From: an uncultured Alphaproteobacteria bacterium
GTDB lineage: Bacteria > Pseudomonadota > Alphaproteobacteria > Rhodobacterales > Rhodobacteraceae
Assembly (NCBI GenBank): GCA_963710185.1
Contig: CAVPZE010000001.1
Location: forward strand, 94,831 to 158,830
Length of the DNA stretch: 64,000 bases
Reading direction: 5' to 3'
The notes below the pieces were generated by a model. It saw nothing but the letters and a program-made list of their open reading frames with translations. It was not told the DNA's origin and searched no databases. A program made the position numbers and the translations under genes. This document shows, one piece after another, positions 1 through 9,988 of the stretch (its first letter is position 1; each line of letters starts with the position of its first letter).

Positions 1-68
1 TGTAATCGCCCGCTCAAGATCAGAGACGCGCAGGTGGACATGGCCGACAGAGGCGTGAGGGGCAGGCA
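1..68 (-). CDS. VOC/glyoxalase-family protein, first 22 codons only (gene runs off the left edge)
   Basis: Minus-strand ATG at 68..66, then MPAPHASVGHVHLRVSDLERAIT, which resembles the N-terminal HVxLxVxDLxRA strand of VOC enzymes. The fragment is very short. Confidence 0.4.
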
Positions 69-163
69 TGGTAAATCCTTTTATGCGTTTGCGAAAAGAT
101 GTGGGTAGAGGCGAGAGTTGTCCAGCCTTGGCCGCGCAGAGGGTCTGTGCGCCGGTGCAGAAA

Positions 164-1399
164 TTAGGGCGCGTCAAACCCGCGCGACAATGCCCGCCAT
201 CCTGCAACGGCCAGTGCCAATGCCCCCAAGGCAGCAACGACAAAGGGCGCGGTCAGGGCGGCATCCCGCGCCAAAGGTCCGTCCGCCATGCGCACAATCA
301 GTCCGGACAACAGCAACCCCACAGGCATCATGCCCCATGCCAGCAGTCTGTACAGGCTATTCACCCGACCCAGCAAAACATCGGGAATTTTACGCTGGCG
401 ATAAGAAACGGAGACGGTATTCCAGACCAGTCCGGTAAATTCGAACGCGGCCAGCACAAGCGCCAGCGCAAACGGGCGGGGCGCATAGGCAATGCCAAGG
501 AAGGCTGGAAAAGACGCCAGCAACATCCATTGCGCTGTGCGCTTCGGCCCCAGCCGCGTGATGATTTTGTCGCCGCACCAGCCGCCTGCGATGCCGCCAA
601 TGGCCCCTGCGGCAAGGATTAGACCATAAGCCCGCGCATCTAGCCCGAGGTTTTCCTGCACATGCAGCACCAGTGCGATCATCACCATCTGGAACAGCAG
701 GTTCCACACCCCTGTGATCCAGGCCAGAGACCGCAGCAGCTTGGCATTCCACAGGAAATGAAAGCCCTCGCGCAGCTCTCGTTTCCAATTGCGGGTCTGT
801 GTTGCGGTTGGTTGAAACTCGCCTTTGATGGCAAGCACCAGTACCACGGCGACCACATAGGCCACCGCACCCACCGCGAACGGCAAGGGCAGGGCAGCAG
901 CAATCACGAACGCGCCCAAGGCCGGACCGAGCAAGGCGTTTCCGACCAATTCGACACTCCATAATCTGCCATTGGCTTTTTCGAGTTTATCTTGTGGCGC
1001 CAGACGGGGCAGCATGGTTTGCGCCGCATTGTCGCGAAACACTTCGGCGATGCCCACAACCGTGGCGGCGCCAAGGATGGCCGCGTAGAGACCGGGCTGG
1101 CTCAGTTCAATCCTTGCGGGGGGAAGCGGGAGCGTGATCCAGATCGCCACCGCCGCAAAGGCAAACGCCGCCCCGCGCAACATGTCCATCGCCAAGATCA
1201 ACAGGCGGCGGTCCACGCGGTCGGTGATCACGCCCGCGGGGATTGCAAACACGAACCAAGGCAGGCGCAGGGCTACCGCGACAAGTGCGATCAGCACCGG
1301 GTCATGGGTGAGCAGTGAGGCAAGCCATGCCCATGCTACCGTGGCGATGCCATCGGCGAGGTTCGTGAGGCCGGAGGCTGCGACAAAGCGGGTAATCAT
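164..1399 (-). CDS. MFS transporter (EntS/enterobactin-exporter-like subfamily)
   Basis: 411-aa ORF that is hydrophobic throughout with about 12 predicted helices. N-terminus FVAASGLTNLADGIATVAWAWLA and the loop DRVDRRLLI are typical of MFS_3-type exporters. Confidence 0.85.
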   Translation of the reverse strand: MITRFVAASGLTNLADGIATVAWAWLASLLTHDPVLIALVAVALRLPWFVFAIPAGVITDRVDRRLLILAMDMLRGAAFAFAAVAIWITLPLPPARIELSQPGLYAAILGAATVVGIAEVFRDNAAQTMLPRLAPQDKLEKANGRLWSVELVGNALLGPALGAFVIAAALPLPFAVGAVAYVVAVVLVLAIKGEFQPTATQTRNWKRELREGFHFLWNAKLLRSLAWITGVWNLLFQMVMIALVLHVQENLGLDARAYGLILAAGAIGGIAGGWCGDKIITRLGPKRTAQWMLLASFPAFLGIAYAPRPFALALVLAAFEFTGLVWNTVSVSYRQRKIPDVLLGRVNSLYRLLAWGMMPVGLLLSGLIVRMADGPLARDAALTAPFVVAALGALALAVAGWRALSRGFDAP

Positions 1400-1470
1400 T
1401 TAGTGTGGTGCCTGTCTTTTTGAAGGCTGTAAGGTGGTGCCCCAGGCTCTGGACCCATTGATCAGCTTGA

Positions 1471-2293
1471 GGCTCTCAGATCTCAATGATTCAATTGCCT
1501 CAAACTGAGGGGGAATTATGAGCAATCTTTACTGGGTTTGCAAAGATCAGATGGCGCGTCTCCGGCCTTATTCTCCGAAGAATCGAAGCCGAGCACGCGT
1601 AGATGCCCGGCGAGTTCTCGGCGGCATTATCTTCATAAATCGCGATTGGTTGCGGTGGTGCGATGCTCCCAAAGAGTATGGTCCCCCCAAGACGCTTCAC
1701 AAGCAATGGAAACGGTGGAGCGATATGGGGGTATTCGCGCGGATCATGACGGGACTGGCCGCCGAGGCACCTGATAATCGAACGATCTCGATCGACGCGA
1801 CCTATCTCAAAGCGCACCGCACGGCCTCGAGCCTGCGGTTAAAAAAGGGGGGTGTGAACGTCTGATCGGGCGAACGAAAGGCGGCATGAACACAAAGTTG
1901 CATGCCGTCACCGACACGATTGAAAGGCCGATCCGGTTCTTCATGACTGCCGGCCCGGTCAGCGATTACACGGGGGCCAGGGCCCTGATGAATAGCCTGC
2001 CAGCCGCCGACTGGTTGTTGGGAGACCGGCGGCTATGGCGCGGATTGGTTCCGCGAGGCCTTTGCGGATAAGGGAATGCCACCCTGTATCCCGGGACGGA
2101 AGTCGCGTGGTAAACCCGTCAAATATGACAAAGGTCGCTACCAACGACAGAACCGGATCGAGATCATGTTCGGGCGCCTGAAAGACTGGCGACGGATCGC
2201 CGCCAGATACGACCGATGCCCAAAGGTATTCCTGCCTGCAATCGCCCTCGCAGCAACCATTTTGTTCTGGTTATGAAACAATGAGTCTGGAGC
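1471..2293 (+). mobile_element. IS5-family (IS427-like) insertion sequence, decayed copy
   Basis: Imperfect terminal inverted repeats: ggctctcagatctcaatgattca at 1471 and ggctccagactcattgtttca (reverse complement) ending at 2293. They enclose a three-piece transposase reading frame. Confidence 0.7.
1518..2276 (+). pseudogene. IS5/IS427-group DDE transposase, split over three frames
   Basis: ORFs 1518-1865, 1886-2071 and 2076-2276 together read as one IS427-type transposase (…YLKAHRTASSLRLKKGG / MNTKLHAVTD… / …IEIMFGRLKDWRRIAARYDR). The first frame change is at the aaaaaagggggg run (1841-1852) and looks like the programmed slippery site. The second, near 2028-2032, needs removal of one nt (gaccggCggctatggc) to restore GDRGYGADWFREAF, so it is a mutation. 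Confidence 0.75.
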
Positions 2294-2392
2294 CTATGAT
2301 GGTGTGACCGCACCGCACGTTGCTCACCCAAGTGTGTTTCGTATTTCACTGCGCGTTATTGCAAGCTGTGCTCGAATAAGGAGACCTGTCCG

Positions 2393-2923
2393 ATGTTGCG
2401 TGCCCTTTGTTTGGCTTTGATACTGTTGCCGGGGATGGCCCTGTCGCAAGACTCCATCCCGACATCCGAGCCGGCGATGACGCTGGAGAGGATGGGTGAG
2501 ATCGTACTGGCGCTGGACCCAGAAACCGTTGTGCGAGGCCCGGCGCTGGAGTTTACGCTGGACGATATTCCGGTCGTGGTGATTGCGGATGCGGGCGCTG
2601 ACCGGATGCGCGCCATGGTTCCGATTGCCAGTGCGGAAGGGCTGACGGCTGATGATATGATGCGGATGATGCAGGCCAATTTCGACAGCGCGCTCGATGC
2701 ACGATATGCGGTGGCACACGGACGGCTCTGGGGGGTGTTTATCCATCCGCTGTCCGCGCTGGAAAAGGACCAGTTTTTGTCAGGGCTGGTGCAGACCATT
2801 ACAATCGCAAAAACTTATGGCGGTGCCTATACCGGCGGGGCTGCGATATTTGGCGGCGGTGACAGCAACGCCATTTATGAAGAGTTGCTTGAGGAATTGC
2901 GCAAAAAGGGCGAGGCGTTATAA
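2393..2923 (+). CDS. Secreted hypothetical protein (possible YbjN/type-III-chaperone-like fold)
   Basis: 176-aa ORF with SD aaggag upstream and signal-peptide-like MLRALCLALILLPGMALSQD. The fold assignment is only pattern resemblance. Confidence 0.55.
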   Translation: MLRALCLALILLPGMALSQDSIPTSEPAMTLERMGEIVLALDPETVVRGPALEFTLDDIPVVVIADAGADRMRAMVPIASAEGLTADDMMRMMQANFDSALDARYAVAHGRLWGVFIHPLSALEKDQFLSGLVQTITIAKTYGGAYTGGAAIFGGGDSNAIYEELLEELRKKGEAL

Positions 2924-2959
2924 GCGGGAGCGGAGTGTTTGAAAGACACCTTTGTGGAC

Positions 2960-3619
2960 CTAAAATTCTGTCCCATGTACAGTGGCCCACGCGCTGCGCA
3001 GCGCCTTTGACTGTCCTTTGAAATTTACGTCCAGCACCGCGCAGGACATCATCCGGTCGGCGCGGAAATGACGAAAATCATCGCGCATCTCGCACCACGC
3101 GGCAACGATGACCACGTCCGAATAATACACAATTGCGATGGGACAGATTGTGCGTTTGGTCACGCGGTCCTCGACATCGCGGTAGTGCAGCGCCAGCTTG
3201 ACCTCTTGCCGGATTGCGGTGCGGATATCGCCCAGACCTACATCGCTTGGCGCGGCACCCCAGCTTGACGAAAATAACGTCTCGCTCATCACCGTGGCAG
3301 CCGACAGTTTTTGCACCGCGCGCTTGGCGGCCTGCTCCAGCGTGCGGTCGCCAGTGCGGGCAATCATCGCAAGGCCGACCGAGATTGCCTCCGCTTCCTC
3401 CACATCAAAGTTGATGGGCGGAAGGTTGTAACCGGGGCGCATGATATATCCGATGCCCGCCGCACCCTCGATTGGGACGCGCATGGATTGCAAGGATGCG
3501 ATGTCGCGGTAGATCGTGCGTTTGGTCACCTCAAGCTGGTCTGCAATATCCTGCGCGCGCACGGGGGATTTTGCGCTGCGCAACAGCTGGATTATTTCAA
3601 ACATTCGCGAGGATCGCAT
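2960..3619 (-). CDS. YafY-family transcriptional regulator (HTH + WYL domain)
   Basis: N-terminal FEIIQLLRSAKSPVRAQDIADQLEVTKRTIYRDIASLQ is the DeoR/HTH_11 motif of YafY regulators. The C-terminal half is WYL-like (LALHYRD…RTICPIAIVYY). Confidence 0.85.
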   Translation of the reverse strand: MRSSRMFEIIQLLRSAKSPVRAQDIADQLEVTKRTIYRDIASLQSMRVPIEGAAGIGYIMRPGYNLPPINFDVEEAEAISVGLAMIARTGDRTLEQAAKRAVQKLSAATVMSETLFSSSWGAAPSDVGLGDIRTAIRQEVKLALHYRDVEDRVTKRTICPIAIVYYSDVVIVAAWCEMRDDFRHFRADRMMSCAVLDVNFKGQSKALRSAWATVHGTEF

Positions 3620-3728
3620 GGGTGTTTCCTTTCACGGGTTCAAAAGTCATACCACACCACTGCTGACAGATACATGTCAGCAGAGGTGCATTAGAGCGGA
3701 CGAATGAACCAGCAACAGGAACGCAACG

Positions 3729-4016
3729 ATGCGCCAGAATATTCTCAAGACCGGATTTGACACCCGTCCGATCATCATGGAACCGATGTGGTTGATCGCC
3801 TGTCAGGCACCTGTCGACGATGTGGACCGCATTTTTGAGGCCATCATCAATGTCACACCTTTGCAGCACCGTAAATCCGACCAAACGGCCTTTCGCTCAG
3901 GCAGCGGGGTTGAGTATTACCGTCCACTTGAGGGCAGCCCAACCGGTGCGGAAAACGGGACGCGGCGCAGACCGGAAGTTGATGAACCGCGGTTTTTCCT
4001 GCCGCGTGATGCGTGA
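3729..4016 (+). CDS. Small YqfO/Nif3 C-terminal-domain-like protein
   Basis: 95-aa ORF divergent from the YafY gene. The segment FRSGSGVEYYRPLEGSPTGAENG resembles the FRPLEG.P..G motif of stand-alone YqfO-like proteins. Confidence 0.45.
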   Translation: MRQNILKTGFDTRPIIMEPMWLIACQAPVDDVDRIFEAIINVTPLQHRKSDQTAFRSGSGVEYYRPLEGSPTGAENGTRRRPEVDEPRFFLPRDA

Positions 4017-4866
4017 CCGCGCGTCCCATTTGGGGTTGATACTGGTGACAGCATCGGCAGTGGCATGGTCGACGGCGGGCCTGTTTACCCGCATCATCGA
4101 GGTCGATACCGCGACAATGCTTGTCTGGCGCGGCGTGTTCGGCAGCTTGGGGATTTTGGCAATCATGCTTGCGATGTACGGTTGTGCGGCATTGCGCGGC
4201 TTTGCCAGATTGGGCCTGCCGGGCTGGATTTTTGTGATCATCTCGGCGTTGGGGATGTTGTGTTTCATAGCGTCCCTGCGCCTGACCACGGTCGCGCATG
4301 TGTCGTTTATCTATGCCACTGCGCCTTTGGTGGCGGCGGCCTTGGCGTGGCTGGCAATTGGCGAGCGACCGGGGCGGTCGGCGTTGACAGCGAGCTTTGC
4401 CGCGCTGCTGGGTGTCGGAATTATCGTCAGTTTGGGCGTCGAGGGAAATATATCGGGCGACCTTCTGGCGTTTGGCATGACGTTTTCCATGGCTGCGATC
4501 ATGGTGCTTTCGCGTAGATTTCAGGGTATTCCGATCATGCCCGCCGCTTGTCTGTCCGCCGTGCTCAGCGCTGCGATGGCGGTGCCGTTTGCGGATACTC
4601 TGGCAGTTGATCTGCCTGATCTGGGTTTACTTGCTGCATTTGGTTTGGTGAATTCTGCTGTCGGTCTGGCGCTGTTTGCTTTGGGGGCGCGGCTTTTGCC
4701 TGCGATTGAAACGGCGCTGATCGGTGCGATAGAGACGCCGCTTGCCCCTGTGTGGGTCTGGCTGGTCTTTGCCGAGACGCCGGGCGCTGCGACCCTGATC
4801 GGTGGAGGTATCGTGTTGGTGGCGGTGACGGGCCATATTTTGCGCCAAAACCGGCACGCGATGTGA
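4009..4866 (+). CDS. EamA/DMT-family transporter
   Basis: Start chosen at the internal ATG 4009, which overlaps the upstream stop (atgcgtga). The product is hydrophobic with about 10 helices and two EamA-like halves (AVAWSTAGLFTR…, LGLLAAFGLVNSAVGLALFALGARLLP). Confidence 0.8.
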   Translation: MRDRASHLGLILVTASAVAWSTAGLFTRIIEVDTATMLVWRGVFGSLGILAIMLAMYGCAALRGFARLGLPGWIFVIISALGMLCFIASLRLTTVAHVSFIYATAPLVAAALAWLAIGERPGRSALTASFAALLGVGIIVSLGVEGNISGDLLAFGMTFSMAAIMVLSRRFQGIPIMPAACLSAVLSAAMAVPFADTLAVDLPDLGLLAAFGLVNSAVGLALFALGARLLPAIETALIGAIETPLAPVWVWLVFAETPGAATLIGGGIVLVAVTGHILRQNRHAM

Positions 4867-4932
4867 CGAAGGGTAGTATTACGGCGCATCCGTCTTATGT
4901 ATTTCGGGTAATCAAATAGAAGGAGACCACAG

Positions 4933-5310
4933 ATGAAATCCGCAAAAGACTATCTGGAAGCTGCCAATGCGTCCGTGCCAAAGATGGATGTGAAAGACGC
5001 AATTGCGAAACATGCCGCTGGTGAGGGTACGTTTATCGACGTGCGTGACAGCGGCGATATTGCCAAAAGCGGCACGATTAAAGGCGCGCATCGCATTCCG
5101 CGTGGCATGATCGAATTTCGCGCTGATCCCGAGATGAAGGATTTTCATAATCCGGTGATGCAAAAGGATGCTGAGTTGTATCTGATCTGTGGTGCCGGCG
5201 GGCAAGCTGCGCTGTCCGGCAAGACGTTGCAGGACATGGGCTATACCAACGTGACAAACATTGGCGGATTTCCCGGGTGGAAAGACGCAGGCGGACCTGT
5301 CGAGGCCTGA
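4933..5310 (+). CDS. Rhodanese-like domain protein
   Basis: 125 aa with SD aggag upstream. Active-site loop LICGAGGQAAL and FIDVRD…G.I.GA motifs of single-domain rhodaneses are present. Confidence 0.85.
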   Translation: MKSAKDYLEAANASVPKMDVKDAIAKHAAGEGTFIDVRDSGDIAKSGTIKGAHRIPRGMIEFRADPEMKDFHNPVMQKDAELYLICGAGGQAALSGKTLQDMGYTNVTNIGGFPGWKDAGGPVEA

Positions 5311-5357
5311 CAAGACTGGCCGGCAATCATCGCGGGGCGGTGTTTGCCGAGGCTCTA

Positions 5358-5396
5358 GGCCAGTCTGATTTTAGTCAAGATTAAATCAGACTGGCC
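5358..5396. terminator. 14-bp perfect inverted repeat between convergent genes (possible bidirectional terminator)
   Basis: ggccagtctgattt (5358-5371) and aaatcagactggcc (5383-5396) with an 11-nt loop. The right arm covers the last codons and stop of the DUF1217 gene. There is no clear U-tract on either strand. Confidence 0.4.
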
Positions 5397-6982
5397 AAAA
5401 TAACCGATGCCGTGCTTGCGCCAGACGTGTTGACGGTGCCGACGACGGATTGTTGCAGCAAAAAACGATCCCTGATCGCGCTGATGTTTTCAGGAGTGCT
5501 CAGGTCAGCAAGTTGGGACGTGCCAAAGGTGACTTTGGCGCGGGCCTTGAAATCGACGAGTTGGCGGTCGATGTCGAGAGAGCCGAAGGATGCAGGCAAT
5601 TGAAACGCCGCCTCAAACGCTTTGCGCAGCGGCGGCGAGGCCAGCACAGCAAACCAGCGGCTGTCGTTGGATACCCCGCCTGCAACCGCGTCTTTCAGGT
5701 CGCGGTCCAGCGAGAGCGATATACGCAGGTCCGGGTCGCTTTCCCCGATCCGTATCTCGAACTGCCGCTCGACGTAATTGCGCGCGATGCCTTCTGCGAA
5801 GCCTGCCGGAAACACGCGGCCCGTCTGTTCGGGTGCAAATGCCAGTGCATCAGCGAGGGCCGTAAACCGCTTGTCCGAGATGATGTTGTAGGCGGAAAAC
5901 GGATCGTTACGGTCCGAGCCGATGACTTTGCCAAGCCTCTGGGTGCTTTCCTGCCCCTGCGACACGCCAAAGAATTCACTTGTCGCCAGAAGAAGTTTGA
6001 AATTGCCCATAAACGCTGAAGTTGTGTTCGGCTTTTCGGTCTGGCCCACAACCAGAGCGACATATTTTTGCAGTTTGGTCTGCTCGCCTGCGGGAAGGGG
6101 TGCGGGACTGCCGAAACCGAACACATTCGAGAATGCAGCATAGCGTTTGTCGTCTTGCTGATTGGCAAAGGATGCAGGATCAGACAGGTCGGAAGCCAGT
6201 ACTGAGGTCAGGAAACCGGTGCGATTGATATCCGCTTCGAGCCCGAAGAGTTTTAGTGTTGCATGCAGTAAATCGGGCGCGCCGAACAAACTGTCGGTGT
6301 CTGTCACGTTTTCCACAGTACCCACGAAGCGGCTGGCGAAACCGTAGATGCTGTTTTCCGAAGCAGACTTGGCTGCAAATTCAAACGCCGTGGCAAGTTC
6401 GAGGTAACGCGGATCGGACAGGCGATTTGCAAAGCTGTCGGGGTCGGTCACATCTGATTCCAACACACGCTGAAGAAAGTACGTGTTACCCACATCTTTT
6501 TCGAGACCGACCGAGGCCAGTGTTGCGCGCAGCAATTGCGTATCGGCAAGCAGCACGCGGGGGTCTGGGATGTCACGCAGTCGTGCCGCCACACTATTCT
6601 CGTCTTGTATCGGGCCCAAGCCGGGGCCGTTTGGATTGGCAAAATCAAAGGTCTTGGCCAACGCAAGATACCGTTTATCCGCGAGGCGGTTGGCAAAGGA
6701 TGTGCTGTCGGTAAGATCGGATTCCAGCGCTTTTTTCAGGAACGCGCGGTTGTTGATGTCATCGTCCAGCCCGACGGCACCAAGTGCGACCCGCAATAGC
6801 GTGCGGTCGTCGAGCAGGGCATCGGCACTGCCTACCTTTTCGATACGGTCCTTGAAGCCAGTGATATCGCGCTGCACCTGCGGCCCGTTTTCAAACAAAG
6901 CCTGCTGGGTCACGCGGGTGCGCACCAAAAAGGCGTGTCCTGCGATCCCGTTGCCAAAGATAATTGGCGAAAATGTCATCAT
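5381..6982 (-). CDS. DUF1217 domain-containing protein (flagellar-associated family in alphaproteobacteria)
   Basis: Start taken at ATGATG 6982 (SD ggag 7 nt upstream). There are four internal repeats of the DUF1217 unit, e.g. LLRVALGAVGLDDDINNRAFLKKALESDLTDSTSFANRLADKRYLALAKTFDFA. Confidence 0.8.
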   Translation of the reverse strand: MMTFSPIIFGNGIAGHAFLVRTRVTQQALFENGPQVQRDITGFKDRIEKVGSADALLDDRTLLRVALGAVGLDDDINNRAFLKKALESDLTDSTSFANRLADKRYLALAKTFDFANPNGPGLGPIQDENSVAARLRDIPDPRVLLADTQLLRATLASVGLEKDVGNTYFLQRVLESDVTDPDSFANRLSDPRYLELATAFEFAAKSASENSIYGFASRFVGTVENVTDTDSLFGAPDLLHATLKLFGLEADINRTGFLTSVLASDLSDPASFANQQDDKRYAAFSNVFGFGSPAPLPAGEQTKLQKYVALVVGQTEKPNTTSAFMGNFKLLLATSEFFGVSQGQESTQRLGKVIGSDRNDPFSAYNIISDKRFTALADALAFAPEQTGRVFPAGFAEGIARNYVERQFEIRIGESDPDLRISLSLDRDLKDAVAGGVSNDSRWFAVLASPPLRKAFEAAFQLPASFGSLDIDRQLVDFKARAKVTFGTSQLADLSTPENISAIRDRFLLQQSVVGTVNTSGASTASVILASLI

Positions 6983-7389
6983 GACCTGCTCCGTTCTGCA
7001 GACAGGCGTTGTGCACGATCGCTGCACCAATGGCATGCCATGGGCGCGGCTAAGGCTTTGTTAATGCCGGTCGGACATTTACGCAGGATTGTATTCAACC
7101 TGTCTTGCGGGGGCCTCCGGAAACCGCGAGCTGACCGCAATATCGGCGGGTTACAGCGCCGGACGCATATGCGCACAAACATCCTTGCCCTGAACCTGCA
7201 TCTCGCTTATACGCGGCCTGTCTAAGGGGCGGATACACGTGCCGGGACGCAGATACTCAGGCGGGGTCGGTTAAATCCGGCCCTCTTTCTTTTGCGTAAC
7301 GACCCAAGCCATCGGACCAATTCACACCCAAGACCGGCGGAGACAACCGCACGGCCCGTATAAAAAAACCAAAGGAAACGATAAACTAC

Positions 7390-9069
7390 ATGTCAAAAGC
7401 TATGGACGAATTTGAAGCACTACTGGAAGAAAGCTTTGAAATGGACACGCCCGAAGAGGGGTCAGTTGTCAAAGGTAAGGTCATCGCAATCGAAGCCGGC
7501 CAAGCCATCATCGACGTCGGCTACAAAATGGAAGGTCGCGTTGAATTAAAAGAATTTGCCGAACCGGGCGAAGCTCCCAAAGTTGAAGTTGGCGACGAGG
7601 TTGAAGTATTCCTTCGCCAGGTCGAAAACTCGCGTGGCGAAGCGGTTATCTCTCGCGAGATGGCGCGCCGCGAAGAAGCGTGGGACCGTCTGGAGAAAGC
7701 CTATGCTTCCGAAGAGCGCGTCGAAGGCGCAATCTTTGGCCGCGTCAAAGGTGGCTTTACTGTGGACCTTGGCGGCGCTGTTGCGTTCCTGCCCGGCTCG
7801 CAGGTCGATGTGCGCCCCGTGCGTGATGCAGGCCCGTTGATGGGTCTGAAACAGCCGTTTCAGGTTCTCAAGATGGACCGTCGCCGTGGCAACATCGTTG
7901 TGTCGCGCCGTGCGATTTTGGAAGAATCACGTGCTGAACAGCGCGCCGAAGTCATTGGCAATCTGGTCGAAGGTCAGGAAGTTGACGGCGTGGTCAAGAA
8001 CATCACCGAATACGGTGCGTTTGTCGATCTGGGCGGCGTTGACGGCTTGTTGCACGTCACGGACATGGCATGGCGCCGTGTAAACCACCCGTCGGAAATT
8101 CTGGCGATTGGCGAGACGATCAAGGTGCAGGTCATCAAGATCAACAAAGAAACCCATCGCATTTCCTTGGGCATGAAGCAGTTGCAAGAAGATCCATGGG
8201 ATCTGGTTGCTGCGAAATACGCGCTGGAATCATCGCACACGGGTCGCGTGACCAACATCACCGATTACGGCGCATTTGTTGAGCTGGAACCGGGCGTTGA
8301 AGGTCTGGTGCACGTGTCCGAGATGTCCTGGACCAAGAAAAACGTACACCCCGGCAAGATCGTTTCCACCAGCCAAGAAGTCGAAGTCATGGTTCTGGAA
8401 ATCGACGGTGCCAAGCGCCGCGTTTCCCTTGGTCTCAAGCAGACCATGCGCAACCCATGGGAAGTGTTTGCAGAAACCCACCCCGAGGGCACAGAAGTCG
8501 AAGGCGAAGTCAAAAACATCACCGAATTCGGTCTGTTTGTTGGTCTCGACGGCGACATCGACGGCATGGTTCACCTGTCCGACCTGTCATGGGACGAACG
8601 TGGCGAAGAAGCGATCCAGAACTACCGCAAAGGCGATATGGTTCAGGCCGTTGTGTCAGAAGTTGACGTTGAGAAAGAGCGTATTTCGCTTTCGATCAAA
8701 GGCGTTGGTGGCGACAAGTTTGCCGAAGCAGTGGGCGGCGTAAAGCGCGGCTCCGTTGTGACTGTGACTGTAACCTCCATTGAGGATGGCGGGATCGAAG
8801 TGGAATATGAAGGCATGAAAGCCTTTATCCGCCGCTCCGATCTGTCACGTGACCGTGCAGAGCAGCGCCCCGAGCGTTTCTCGGTTGGTGATAAAGTCGA
8901 TGTGCGGATCACAAACGTGGACGCAAAAGCCCACCGTTTGGGTGTGTCGATCAAAGCGCGCGAGATTGCCGAAGAAAAAGAAGCGGTTGAGCAGTATGGC
9001 TCAAGCGATTCAGGTGCATCCCTGGGCGATATCCTGGGTGCGGCGCTGAAGGGCGACGACGACAAGTAA
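7390..9069 (+). CDS. rpsA: 30S ribosomal protein S1
   Basis: 559 aa with six S1 repeats (e.g. VVKGKVIAIEAGQAIIDVGYK, DGVVKNITEYGAFVDLGGVDGLLHVTDM). Confidence 0.97.
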   Translation: MSKAMDEFEALLEESFEMDTPEEGSVVKGKVIAIEAGQAIIDVGYKMEGRVELKEFAEPGEAPKVEVGDEVEVFLRQVENSRGEAVISREMARREEAWDRLEKAYASEERVEGAIFGRVKGGFTVDLGGAVAFLPGSQVDVRPVRDAGPLMGLKQPFQVLKMDRRRGNIVVSRRAILEESRAEQRAEVIGNLVEGQEVDGVVKNITEYGAFVDLGGVDGLLHVTDMAWRRVNHPSEILAIGETIKVQVIKINKETHRISLGMKQLQEDPWDLVAAKYALESSHTGRVTNITDYGAFVELEPGVEGLVHVSEMSWTKKNVHPGKIVSTSQEVEVMVLEIDGAKRRVSLGLKQTMRNPWEVFAETHPEGTEVEGEVKNITEFGLFVGLDGDIDGMVHLSDLSWDERGEEAIQNYRKGDMVQAVVSEVDVEKERISLSIKGVGGDKFAEAVGGVKRGSVVTVTVTSIEDGGIEVEYEGMKAFIRRSDLSRDRAEQRPERFSVGDKVDVRITNVDAKAHRLGVSIKAREIAEEKEAVEQYGSSDSGASLGDILGAALKGDDDK

Positions 9070-9092
9070 GCTTTGATGCTTTGAAATTGAGA

Positions 9093-9127
9093 AGGCCCCG
9101 CGCAGCGATGCACGGGGCCTTTTTTGT
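9093..9127 (+). terminator. Rho-independent terminator of rpsA
   Basis: Stem aggccccg (9093-9100) pairs with cggggcct (9113-9120) and is followed by tttttg. Confidence 0.75.
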
Positions 9128-9344
9128 TGGGGTTCAGGGGGGCGAATCGGTGTGGGCGACCACTGCCAAGATTGAACGATCAGTGAAAAAACGGGCGAAG
9201 CTTTGCCGGAATTACGCGAAATACCCTTGGTTTCAGCATAAAAAACAGCATCTTGGACGCTGCGGGCGCTTTCCGGCAGACAGGTTTGTTTCTATAGTGA
9301 AGGGTGAGCCTTAGAAAATAGACACATCTCGGGGGGGATATAAG

Positions 9345-9629
9345 ATGATCCGATCAGAACTGATTCAGAAGATTGCGGATGATAATCCACATCTCTACCA
9401 GCGCGATGTGGAGCGGATTGTGAACACAATTTTTGACGAGATCACCAGTGCAATGGCGCAAGGTGACCGGGTCGAGTTGCGCGGGTTTGGCGCATTTTCG
9501 GTCAAGAAGCGCGATGCACGCGTAGGCCGTAATCCACGCACAGGCGCCTCTGTGAATGTCGATGAAAAACATGTACCCTTCTTCAAGACCGGCAAATTGT
9601 TGCGGGATCGGTTAAACGGGAAAAGCTGA
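9345..9629 (+). CDS. ihfB: Integration host factor subunit beta
   Basis: 94 aa: [11 protein letters not shown]…[25 protein letters not shown]…VPFFKTGK is the canonical IHF-beta/HU fold sequence. Confidence 0.95.
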   Translation: MIRSELIQKIADDNPHLYQRDVERIVNTIFDEITSAMAQGDRVELRGFGAFSVKKRDARVGRNPRTGASVNVDEKHVPFFKTGKLLRDRLNGKS

Positions 9630-9979
9630 TGCGTTATGTTCGCTATATCTGCATCGCCATCTTTGCGGTGGCGTTGATCTCTGTTGCTTTGGCGAACCGT
9701 GCCATCGTGACGCTCAAGATTTTGCCGAACGAAGTGTCTGGATGGTTCGCTGTGAACCCCGAGGTGGAATTGCCGCTGTTTCTGGTGATCCTTGGTAGTA
9801 TCGTTGTCGGTCTGCTGGTCGGTTTTGTCTGGGAGTGGATCCGCGAATACGGCGAGCGTGCCGAGGCCGCGAGACAGGCCCGCGAAATGCGCAGGCTCGA
9901 GCGCGAGATCGCGCGGCTGAAAGGCGAAAAGCATCAGGGCAAAGATGAAGTTCTGGCGCTGCTTGACGAGGCCAGCTGA
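9629..9979 (+). CDS. LapA/DUF1049-family inner-membrane protein
   Basis: Overlaps the ihfB stop by 1 nt. It has two TM helices, then a charged coiled tail (RRLEREIARLKGEK), which is the usual ihfB neighbour. Confidence 0.7.
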   Translation: MRYVRYICIAIFAVALISVALANRAIVTLKILPNEVSGWFAVNPEVELPLFLVILGSIVVGLLVGFVWEWIREYGERAEAARQAREMRRLEREIARLKGEKHQGKDEVLALLDEAS

Positions 9980-9988
9980 GGCGCGCCC

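Noticed and set aside
7037-7389. Riboswitch or ncRNA in the long rpsA leader and in other large gaps (9128-9344, 30885-31335, 52970-53404)
   Set aside because: I could not recognise any known RNA family motif (SRP, tmRNA, RNase P, 6S, common riboswitches) by eye. This needs a covariance-model scan rather than a claim.
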